From IMG/VR virus record IMGVR_UViG_3300044716_000883, positions 64,001 through 128,000 of that record: DNA of 64,000 bases; one strand, written 5' to 3'. Below the pieces are notes generated by a model that did not search any database, was not told where the DNA came from, and was given only the letters and a program-made list of their open reading frames with translations. A program made the position numbers and the translations under genes. Source of the stretch: a virus. Of the stretch, positions 28,706 to 36,567 are shown piece by piece (position 1 is the first letter of the stretch; each line of letters starts with the position of its first letter).

Positions 28706-29548
28706 ATGAATATTACAGAAGTACGTAACGTCATCAAACAAGTTATTGCTGAAGCAATGAGTAAAGAAGGTGGCTTACCTAAAAGCGGTGGAAAATTAGT
28801 ACACCTTAAGAAAGAATTAGCTAGCTTAAAGAACATGAGAGAATCTTTAGGTCAATTACAAATCGCTGAAGGCGGTGAGCAATCATTCGTAGCTGAATAT
28901 GCACATATGCAAAAATTCGTTAACGAATTAGAAAAAATCAAAACTGCTCATGCTAAATTAGCTGAAATGTTAGACAATCAAATTTCTGAAGTTGAAGGTA
29001 AAGTTTCATCTGAGACTGAAAAGATCAAAGAAATGGTTGGTTTAATCGAAAAAGCACCTAAAGCTCCTAAGAAAGACGCTAAGAAAGCTCCTGCTAAAAA
29101 AGACGATAAAAAAGCAGAACCTAAAAAAGCTGAAAAGAAAGAAGAGCCTAAGGCTGACGACTCAAAAAAAAAAGCTAAAAAATTAGACGAAGCATCTTTC
29201 TCAAGTACTGATGTTAATGCTATTTTAAAAGCTGCTAGAGCTGCTGTTGAAGCAGGTAAAGAGGTAACTGTTGATGGTATTAAAATAGGAAAGGTAGTAT
29301 CTGGATTAGGAAGATTTATTCCTGCTGATGGTAGTCAATCTTTAAAAATTATGGATTACGTTGGTGAACCGGAAAAAATTGTAATTGATGGAGTACCTGC
29401 AGAATTAAAACCTTACGAACCAAAAAGCGAACCTCGAGTTGACACAAGGACTCCAGAAGAAAAAGCAAAAGCACAAGCTGCGTTTGATGACAGATATGGA
29501 CCAGGTGGAGGATACGATACAGCATTTGGAAGATACACAGGCGATTAA
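28706..29548 (+). CDS. Putative head-internal protein with coiled coil and Lys/Ala-rich linker
   Basis: Leader MNITEVRNVIKQVIAE; KKAPAKK linker; LDE site before a distal domain. Confidence 0.5.
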   Translation: MNITEVRNVIKQVIAEAMSKEGGLPKSGGKLVHLKKELASLKNMRESLGQLQIAEGGEQSFVAEYAHMQKFVNELEKIKTAHAKLAEMLDNQISEVEGKVSSETEKIKEMVGLIEKAPKAPKKDAKKAPAKKDDKKAEPKKAEKKEEPKADDSKKKAKKLDEASFSSTDVNAILKAARAAVEAGKEVTVDGIKIGKVVSGLGRFIPADGSQSLKIMDYVGEPEKIVIDGVPAELKPYEPKSEPRVDTRTPEEKAKAQAAFDDRYGPGGGYDTAFGRYTGD

Positions 29549-29559
29549 TATAAATAAAA

Positions 29560-30000
29560 ATGATTAAATTACTTGACATATTAGCCGAACGCGATTTATC
29601 CGCTAAGGAAGAAAAAATAGTTAAAGCATTAAAGAAAACAGGGAAGTTTAAAAAGAACGACCCTGCTCTTTATGCTATTGCTGCTTCAAAAGCTGAAGGA
29701 TTAGATCCAGTAGGCAAAGAAGATGACGACATCAACAACGATGGTAAGGTAGATAAGACAGATAAATACTTAGCTAATCGTCGTAAAGCAGTAGCTGCTA
29801 ATATTAAAGAAGGTGATCATGAAGTATCTATGGCTGTATCTAGTCTAGAAGCAATTGCAGAAGCAATTATCGAATTAAGACAAAAACTTGGCAATACTGA
29901 ACGTAATATTCCAGGATGGATTCAAGACCACATTGCTAAAGCAGAAAACTACATTGAGCAAGCAGCTCAAGGTTTTCACGAACTAAAACATAATGGATAA
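29560..30000 (+). CDS. Putative head-internal protein with MIKLLDILAE leader and EF-hand/dockerin-like DxNxDGxVD motif
   Basis: DDDINNDGKVDKTDKYLANRRKAV. Confidence 0.55.
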   Translation: MIKLLDILAERDLSAKEEKIVKALKKTGKFKKNDPALYAIAASKAEGLDPVGKEDDDINNDGKVDKTDKYLANRRKAVAANIKEGDHEVSMAVSSLEAIAEAIIELRQKLGNTERNIPGWIQDHIAKAENYIEQAAQGFHELKHNG

Positions 30001-30514
30001 AAAATTAATATTAGAAAAATACATTAAAGTAGCTGTTCGTAAAGCACTTCAAGAAGAAGAAGCTAGACAACAGAAAGCTACTAAAGCGATGTATCTAGTA
30101 TATCGTTTTCCTGGTTTAAAAAAAATAATGGAAGACTTAATGTCTCCATCTTTTGGTCGCTTCATCACAGATGTTGCTGTTGTAGCTCCAAAACCAACAA
30201 CATTCTCAGCTAAATTAATTAACGAACAAGATTTCGGAATTATATACAATGGTAAAGGTAAATTTACCGTTAAAGTAGCAGGTAAAAAATACAACGTCCA
30301 AAATTTAGGTGAATTAGAAAGAGCTCAACAAGCAATAGCTGATTTATTAGAATTAAACTACGCTATTGATGAAAAAGTAGCAGGCGGAGCTGAAGCTCCA
30401 GCTGCAGATGCAGGTGCTGAAGCATTTAGTGCAGCCGCAGCCGCTCCAGCAGGTGAAACACCAGCAGAAACTCCAGCAGAAGAAGAAACTCCTGAAGAAA
30501 CCCCAGCAGCATAA
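29993..30514 (+). CDS. Hypothetical protein with acidic Ala/Pro/Glu-rich tail
   Basis: ORF; tail ETPAETPAEEETPEETPAA. Confidence 0.55.
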   Translation: MDKKLILEKYIKVAVRKALQEEEARQQKATKAMYLVYRFPGLKKIMEDLMSPSFGRFITDVAVVAPKPTTFSAKLINEQDFGIIYNGKGKFTVKVAGKKYNVQNLGELERAQQAIADLLELNYAIDEKVAGGAEAPAADAGAEAFSAAAAAPAGETPAETPAEEETPEETPAA

Positions 30515-31650
30515 TGACAGTTATAGATAAAATATTACGTGAATGGTCATTTAGATGCCATGATGGGATTGTTGATATCAACGATCCTATTAAACTGTCT
30601 ATATTAAATGAAATACTTGGTTTTAATTTAGATGAAGTGAGACAACCATATGAATCTTTAACAGGAGCAGCTAAAGAAGAAGCTGATAAGTTAATTGAAT
30701 TATTTAACTTAACTAAAGACAATATTCAAAAACAGACCTCTAAAAGAATAATAATTTTATCTGATATACCTAGAAATGAAGTTTTTAAGAAATTACAAGA
30801 TTTAGGATATAAACAAGATAGAACTATTTCTGGCTCATCAGCAGGTGGATTTATAACACCAGAAGGTATAGAAATTATAGTTAAATCTGAGACATCTTCT
30901 AAAATAGGTGGCGCTGGAGTAGGTAATGAAAGATTTTTTGTAGATGCAATAAATAACCTTATTCAAGAAAGTGATGGTTCTGTTACTGTTACTATCAACG
31001 GTGGTGGTAAAACTTTAAAATATGCTAACATAACTGAAGCCAAACATGTTGGTAAAGAAGGTGAGAAAAAAGGATGGAAAGCAGATGCTTTATTAATAGC
31101 AGGAAATGAAACATATCCAATTTCTTTAAAAGAAGATGGTCCATTCCGTTGGGCTAGTGCTATGGGAGATCTTAAAGATCTTTACACAACACTACTTACT
31201 AAAGCTAGTAAAGATGAAATACCAAATCTTCAATTAAAAACAGACCCTGAAAATCCTAGGGTACTTCAGATGTATAATCCTAGAACAAATTCACCTTATG
31301 GTAGAATATTTGTAACAGATGTACCTCAATTAACTCAAGCAGAAAATATAAATAAAATTATTTTTGGAGCTGATAATGCTATTGTTGTACAGCGAACCTT
31401 TACTGAATCTGATTTTGCACTGACTGGAAATACTATAAATGTAACTGCTACTAAAATTATTACATCAATTGAAGATTTAAGTCCTGAAGATTATCCTATA
31501 GTAGAATTTGAACGTAATGCTTCAAAAGCAACTCAAACAAGTGGATTAACAGGTAGGGGTATTATAATAAGAATATCACCTAAAGGAAGAATGGATAAAG
31601 CAGGATCTAAAGCTAATAATTTAATATTAAACTATAACGATATAATGTAA
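30514..31650 (+). CDS. Putative restriction-endonuclease-fold (PD-(D/E)XK) nuclease with cleavable N-terminal leader
   Basis: GVGNERF, KADALL..PISLKE catalytic-like pattern; leader ending LNE..NLDE. Confidence 0.5.
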   Translation: MTVIDKILREWSFRCHDGIVDINDPIKLSILNEILGFNLDEVRQPYESLTGAAKEEADKLIELFNLTKDNIQKQTSKRIIILSDIPRNEVFKKLQDLGYKQDRTISGSSAGGFITPEGIEIIVKSETSSKIGGAGVGNERFFVDAINNLIQESDGSVTVTINGGGKTLKYANITEAKHVGKEGEKKGWKADALLIAGNETYPISLKEDGPFRWASAMGDLKDLYTTLLTKASKDEIPNLQLKTDPENPRVLQMYNPRTNSPYGRIFVTDVPQLTQAENINKIIFGADNAIVVQRTFTESDFALTGNTINVTATKIITSIEDLSPEDYPIVEFERNASKATQTSGLTGRGIIIRISPKGRMDKAGSKANNLILNYNDIM

Positions 31651-31653
31651 AAT

Positions 31654-31914
31654 ATGGAACAATTTAACCCATCAGACAAAATAACACTAGACGTACCTTT
31701 ATTTATCCGTCTATTAGAATATGCTCGCGAAGACGCTAAAACCGATATGGATTTACACAATGTAGCTGAAAAAGCAATCGTAGCAAGTGAAACTGGAAAG
31801 ACATTAACTATGGCTGACTATGATGGTTTAGTAGCGGGTAATAGTGAAGATCAAGAAATGAACGAAATAAAAAGAATGATTGAGTTAGCTAACATCAAGT
31901 CTTTCTTTAACTAA
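31654..31914 (+). CDS. Small conserved phage protein with C-terminal MNEIKRMIELANI motif
   Basis: ITLDVPLFIRLLEYAREDA..DLH..AE. Confidence 0.55.
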   Translation: MEQFNPSDKITLDVPLFIRLLEYAREDAKTDMDLHNVAEKAIVASETGKTLTMADYDGLVAGNSEDQEMNEIKRMIELANIKSFFN

Positions 31915-31994
31915 CATATAGACAGATTCACATTCTGTCGCATTAAATGATATTATATAGTTGTGGTGCACCTAAAAAGTGTGCCACCTTCTAT

Positions 31995-32025
31995 TTTGAA
32001 AGGGCAAAATTTTTTATTATATTTA
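31995..32025 (+). promoter_or_regulatory. Bacteroidota-type promoter candidate with GGCAAAAT box
   Basis: TTTG (31995) -N19- TATATTTA (32018); GGCAAAAT at 32002. Confidence 0.55.
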
Positions 32026-32047
32026 CATGTTTAATTTAATTTAATTT

Positions 32048-33352
32048 ATGAATAAGAAAATCGTAATTGTAGGAGCAGGTGTAGCAGGTATTAATGCCGC
32101 TACCAAATTAGTAGATAATGGCTATCCTGGTGAGCTAATCACTATTATAGACAAAGGTAATGACCCAATTAACCGCTTACCTGAAGAGGTAATGACGGGG
32201 ATGCTTGGTGCTGGTGGATGGAGTGATGGAAAATTAACATACCATACCTCAATTGGTGGCCAGCTAGCTAAGTACTGTGGTGAAGAAAAAGCCATGGAGT
32301 TAATGAAACAAGTAGTAGATAACTTTACTCGTTTCCACCCCACCCCAGAAGAAATATTCATGTCTGATCCTCAAGAGGAACCTGAATTTATTAAACCATA
32401 CTTTGGTTTGAGAATGTTTCCTGTATGGCATATTGGATCTAATTTCTTGCATGAAATTGCTAAAAACTGGTATCAATATTTAGTTGATAAAGGTGTTGAT
32501 TTCAAATGGAATTTTGAGGTTTATAGTATTGATTTTGAAAATAATAGTATAAATGCTATTAAACGTAGCGAAGAAGCAGATCCATTAGAAGCATTCATTT
32601 CATATGATGAACTAATATTTGCAGTAGGTAAATCGGGTATTAACTTTGCTCAATCATTATCAGACAAATATGAATTTCCAACTGAACCCAAATCAGTACA
32701 AATTGGAGTTCGATTTGAAGCACCACAGAAGTACTTCCAAAAATTAATAGATGTATCGTACGACTTTAAACTATACCAGAAATTTGATAACGTATCTTTA
32801 CGTTCGTTCTGTACTAATAATAATGCAGCTTATGTTGCTGTGGAAGAGACTTATGGGGATGTAAGTTACAATGGTCACGCTAAAAAAGGTGAAGAATTTA
32901 GAAACGATATGACTAACTTTGGTATTCTGATGGAAATTAAGGGTATTGAAGATCCATTTGCTTGGAGTAGAGATGTAGTACAAAAACTACAAATTGACAA
33001 TACAGGATTATATTACTCACCATCTCGTAAACCAGCTCTTACATCTGAAGGAGTAACAGTAAGTGCTACCCAAATTGACTCATTAGAATTATTTAAGGAA
33101 GTAATGGGTGAATATGCTGATTATGTTATTAATTTTATTGATGATATGAATAAAGTGTTTGAATTTAATGATGATTGGGGAATGTATATTCCTGAAGTAA
33201 AATACTTATCACCTGAACCCTTAGTAAACTACGAAGATTTATCATTAACAGGATACTCAAATGCACACTTTGCTGGTGATGCTCTATCAGCTAGAGGTAT
33301 TACAGTATCAGGTGCACACGGAATTTATATTGCAGAAAATTTAATAAAATAA
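32048..33352 (+). CDS. FAD-dependent oxidoreductase/dehydrogenase
   Basis: IVIVGAGVAG Rossmann motif, GMLGAGGWSDGKL, AVGKSG, FCTN, FAGD...RGI. Confidence 0.85.
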   Translation: MNKKIVIVGAGVAGINAATKLVDNGYPGELITIIDKGNDPINRLPEEVMTGMLGAGGWSDGKLTYHTSIGGQLAKYCGEEKAMELMKQVVDNFTRFHPTPEEIFMSDPQEEPEFIKPYFGLRMFPVWHIGSNFLHEIAKNWYQYLVDKGVDFKWNFEVYSIDFENNSINAIKRSEEADPLEAFISYDELIFAVGKSGINFAQSLSDKYEFPTEPKSVQIGVRFEAPQKYFQKLIDVSYDFKLYQKFDNVSLRSFCTNNNAAYVAVEETYGDVSYNGHAKKGEEFRNDMTNFGILMEIKGIEDPFAWSRDVVQKLQIDNTGLYYSPSRKPALTSEGVTVSATQIDSLELFKEVMGEYADYVINFIDDMNKVFEFNDDWGMYIPEVKYLSPEPLVNYEDLSLTGYSNAHFAGDALSARGITVSGAHGIYIAENLIK

Positions 33353-33353
33353 T

Positions 33354-33590
33354 ATGTCAGAAACAAAAAAATTAAAAACACAAGACGGATCAATAGTATA
33401 TTATTGGGAAGGTAAAATGCATAATTGGGATGGACCAGCATATATCCCCCAGGGTAACAAACGTGCATCTGAATATTGGTTATTCGGAATAAAATATTCT
33501 AAAGACCAATGGGAAGATAGAAAGAAAGATGTTAATGGACAACCATTTTACAAAACAGCAGCTGGTAAAGCAGCAGGTGCTAGAGTTTAA
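33354..33590 (+). CDS. Small hypothetical protein (HNWDGPA repeat type)
   Basis: GKMHNWDGPAY..EYWLFG. Confidence 0.6.
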   Translation: MSETKKLKTQDGSIVYYWEGKMHNWDGPAYIPQGNKRASEYWLFGIKYSKDQWEDRKKDVNGQPFYKTAAGKAAGARV

Positions 33591-33617
33591 GCAAAATAAA
33601 GGTTATAAATTCAATAC

Positions 33618-33863
33618 ATGAGTAGAGGAAGACCAGCAGTAATAGAAACAGTAGAGCCACCACGTAAATATACTCGTGTATTTGAAGATGAATTTACCGT
33701 TGAAACATGGACATACGATTTAAATAAATTTCATGGTCCTATTAACGTTGATATTAAATATAAGGCGGGTGCTGAAAAGGCTATTAAACAACAAATAAAG
33801 CAAGCTAAGCAGGAGAAAAAGACAGCACGTCAAATGAAAAAAATAAACGAACGAAACAAATGA
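33618..33863 (+). CDS. Small basic hypothetical protein
   Basis: ORF; GCAAAAT box upstream at 33591. Confidence 0.55.
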   Translation: MSRGRPAVIETVEPPRKYTRVFEDEFTVETWTYDLNKFHGPINVDIKYKAGAEKAIKQQIKQAKQEKKTARQMKKINERNK

Positions 33864-34378
33864 GAATAGGATTAGCAGGTACAATGTCTGTAGGTAAAAC
33901 TACATTAGCAAAAGCATTAGGTGAATTAGATCAATTTAAAGATCATAATGTACAAACTGAGCGTAGTAAATACTTACGTGATTTAGGCATTCCATTAAAT
34001 ACAGATTCTACATTAAATGGTCAATTTGTATTTTTAGCAGAACGTGCTACTGAATTATTATATCCAAATATAATTACAGACAGAACAATATGGGATGTTT
34101 GTGCATTTACATTCTCAGCTAAATCAATTGATTGGTTTGCTAAACGTTCATTTGTTGAAGCTGCTATGATGCTTCGTGAACAATATGATGTAGTATTTTA
34201 TGTATCGCCTGAAGGCGTACCTATTGAAGATAATGGTGTACGTACTATTGATGCTGAATATCGTAATAAAATCGATTGGGCTATTCGTGAGTCATTAGAA
34301 GAATATAAACCTAATAAATTAGTATATATCAAAGGTACAACAGAGGAACGTATTGCTACAATTTTACAAAACCTATAA
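33860..34378 (+). CDS. P-loop nucleoside/nucleotide kinase (AAA_28/NadR-kinase-like)
   Basis: GTMSVGKTTL, TERS, ITDRTIWD, YDVVFY, IEDNGVR. Confidence 0.75.
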   Translation: MRIGLAGTMSVGKTTLAKALGELDQFKDHNVQTERSKYLRDLGIPLNTDSTLNGQFVFLAERATELLYPNIITDRTIWDVCAFTFSAKSIDWFAKRSFVEAAMMLREQYDVVFYVSPEGVPIEDNGVRTIDAEYRNKIDWAIRESLEEYKPNKLVYIKGTTEERIATILQNL

Positions 34379-34403
34379 TATTTATATGCACAACAATAAC
34401 AAA

Positions 34404-35441
34404 ATGAAAGTAACAGAACTACAAGAAATTATTCGTAACGTTATTAAAGAGGCGTTAAATGAAGATCAAGCTGCTGACAAAGCAGCACAGGACGCTGAAA
34501 AAGCATCTGTACAGAAGCAAATAGCTGCCCTTAATAAAAAGAAATCAGAACTAAATACAAACAAACCATCTGCAGAAGATAAACCAGCGCACGATGCTGA
34601 AAGACTTGCTGTGGATAAAAAACTTCAAGCTTTAAATAAAAAAACACAAAAATTAAATAAACCAGGCATTTCAGCACTTGAATTAGATGAAATGGCAAAC
34701 GTATCAGTACGTTATCAATTAGCTGGTGATATTAATGCTGATGATTTTAAAGGTAAGAAAAATAGAATTATTACTGCTATGAAAGCCACAGGCGAACCTA
34801 TGGCAAAAATCGACGTAGCTGGTGAATTAGGATACGACAAACAAAATCCAATCAACTCTGATTTCATGGAACTTGTAGCTTCAGGTGTTATTGAACCAGC
34901 AGGTGAACAAAAAGCTCCACGTTTAACTCGTCCTGCATCTGATAAACCAAAGGGTGGTGAAGGTGAAGAAGATTTTGTTACTGGTGATTTAAGCGATGAA
35001 GAAGTAGATGCTATGTTTGCTAAAGCAAAAGCATCAGGTGATGATGAACCAGAAATTGGTGATATTGAAAAAGCAGATGTATCTGCTGCTAAAATGTCAG
35101 ATGCTGATTACGAAGCATTTATGAAAGTTTCTGATTTAGAAAATCGTTTAGCTTCTACAAAATCAAACATTTTAAAGTTAAAGAAAAGTAAAGGTGCTGC
35201 TGGTGATATTAGTGATAAACCATCAACTGAATTAGTACGTTTACGTGATTTAAAAGCATCATTAGAAAAACGTATTGATGATTTAGTAGCTGGATCTGAA
35301 TATTTACAAAAACGTCAAACCAAACTTACTGGTAAAGAATATACAAAACAACCACCAGAAGAAATTAACATTGCAGACGAAGAACCATTAGACGAGTGGA
35401 CTATGAATAGAATGCAATACTATGCAGGTATTAAAAAATAA
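34404..35441 (+). CDS. Putative head-internal protein with leader and C-terminal RMQYYAGIKK
   Basis: MKVTELQEIIRNVIKEALNE; internal LDE sites; ATATTTAT at 34378. Confidence 0.55.
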   Translation: MKVTELQEIIRNVIKEALNEDQAADKAAQDAEKASVQKQIAALNKKKSELNTNKPSAEDKPAHDAERLAVDKKLQALNKKTQKLNKPGISALELDEMANVSVRYQLAGDINADDFKGKKNRIITAMKATGEPMAKIDVAGELGYDKQNPINSDFMELVASGVIEPAGEQKAPRLTRPASDKPKGGEGEEDFVTGDLSDEEVDAMFAKAKASGDDEPEIGDIEKADVSAAKMSDADYEAFMKVSDLENRLASTKSNILKLKKSKGAAGDISDKPSTELVRLRDLKASLEKRIDDLVAGSEYLQKRQTKLTGKEYTKQPPEEINIADEEPLDEWTMNRMQYYAGIKK

Positions 35442-35445
35442 AAAT

Positions 35446-36138
35446 ATGTCAAAATTAAAAAAAGCATTACCTATTATTTTATTTGCTGTAATAGCAATAT
35501 TAATCGGTAGTGTATTATTTGAAAAGTGTAATAACAATGTTGAGCATAAAGCATTTTTATCTCAAATGGATAGTCTACACAAGGTAAATGATTCATTATT
35601 TGCTGAAATTGCTAAAGATGATGCTGAAATTGATTCTTTAGATTTAGTAGCTGTTGAATTACAATATAAAGTAGATCATCAAAAAGCTAAAGTTAAAACT
35701 ATTGTTGAGTATATTGAAGTAGAAAAAAACAACATTGATGGTTTTTCTAATCCTGAACTAGTAAGCTCATTTAACAATCGTTACCCAGCAGATACAATTA
35801 CTAACCCATTATTAGTAGCACAACCAGTATTAGTTAGCGCTGCTAAGGATTTAGTAGAATTAGATGGTGCTAAACAAATCATTGTACTTAAAGATAGCTC
35901 TATCAATACACTGGAAGCAAAAGTAACTGTTAAAGATAGTGTTATTGGAAAATATGCTAATAAAGAACTTAACTACAAAAATATTATCCTGAATAAAGAT
36001 AAAGAAATTACAGGATGGGAAGGACAATATCAAAAACTAGAATTACAATACAACAAGTTAAAAGTAAAATCTAAATTCCAACGCATAGGAAGCTATGTAG
36101 TAATTGGTGGATTAGCTTACTTGATGTTAGTAAAATAA
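35446..36138 (+). CDS. Coiled-coil protein with hydrophobic segments at both ends (spanin-like candidate)
   Basis: N-terminal hydrophobic helix followed by Cys; long coiled coil; C-terminal IGSYVVIGGLAYLMLV. Confidence 0.4.
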   Translation: MSKLKKALPIILFAVIAILIGSVLFEKCNNNVEHKAFLSQMDSLHKVNDSLFAEIAKDDAEIDSLDLVAVELQYKVDHQKAKVKTIVEYIEVEKNNIDGFSNPELVSSFNNRYPADTITNPLLVAQPVLVSAAKDLVELDGAKQIIVLKDSSINTLEAKVTVKDSVIGKYANKELNYKNIILNKDKEITGWEGQYQKLELQYNKLKVKSKFQRIGSYVVIGGLAYLMLVK

Positions 36139-36153
36139 CGACCCCACGCCCCC

Positions 36154-36207
36154 ACATAATTAGGCCTATTCGCAAGAATGGGCCTTCTTTATATATTTAT
36201 TATCATG
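36154..36207 (+). repeat. Copy 1 of a 54-bp terminator + ATATTTAT + ATG cassette
   Basis: ACATAATTAGGCCTATTC-GCAA-GAATGGGCCTTCTTTATATATTTATTATCATG. Confidence 0.85.
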
Positions 36208-36498
36208 AAACAGCAAATCAACGAAACTACAAGAATGCAGCAATTAGCTGGTATTCTTACTGAAGCGGCACCAGCAATGCCACCAGTACCTGGCCAAAAA
36301 CCTCAAATGCCTCCTGTTCCTGGTAAGTCATCCTCTGCCCCTTTAGATGATAAAAGAAAAGAAAAAGCAGCAGAAGCCTTTTTCCAAGCTAACGTAGAAT
36401 TGACAACATTAAAAAATAATAAACTTCTTAGTGATAGTGAAATTAAAACCTTAGAAGATCTTCTAGGTAAAGCTATAAATGCAATAAATAGTAAATAA
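36205..36498 (+). CDS. Small Pro-rich protein with INE..RMQQLAGILTE leader
   Basis: ATG 5 nt after ATATTTAT; the ORF-track start at 36178 lies inside the terminator. Confidence 0.6.
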   Translation: MKQQINETTRMQQLAGILTEAAPAMPPVPGQKPQMPPVPGKSSSAPLDDKRKEKAAEAFFQANVELTTLKNNKLLSDSEIKTLEDLLGKAINAINSK

Positions 36499-36513
36499 AT
36501 CTTCACTACCCAT

Positions 36514-36567
36514 ACATAACTAGGCCTGTCCGCAAGGACGGGCCTTTTTTATATATTTATATACATG
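36514..36567 (+). repeat. Copy 2 of the 54-bp terminator + ATATTTAT + ATG cassette (360 bp downstream)
   Basis: ACATAACTAGGCCTGTCC-GCAA-GGACGGGCCTTTTTTATATATTTATATACATG. Confidence 0.85.

Noticed and set aside
29164-29173. A10 runs (29164 and 42997) just before appended domains in two head proteins, as slippage or phase-variation sites
   Set aside because: Both encode Lys runs in K-rich linkers, and A8-A9 runs occur elsewhere (e.g. 2303). Chance in an AT-rich genome is sufficient without read-level evidence.
31915-32047. tRNA or known riboswitch in the hairpin-rich gap
   Set aside because: No cloverleaf, TTC-loop or recognisable aptamer; the stems are short and consistent with terminator and promoter elements.
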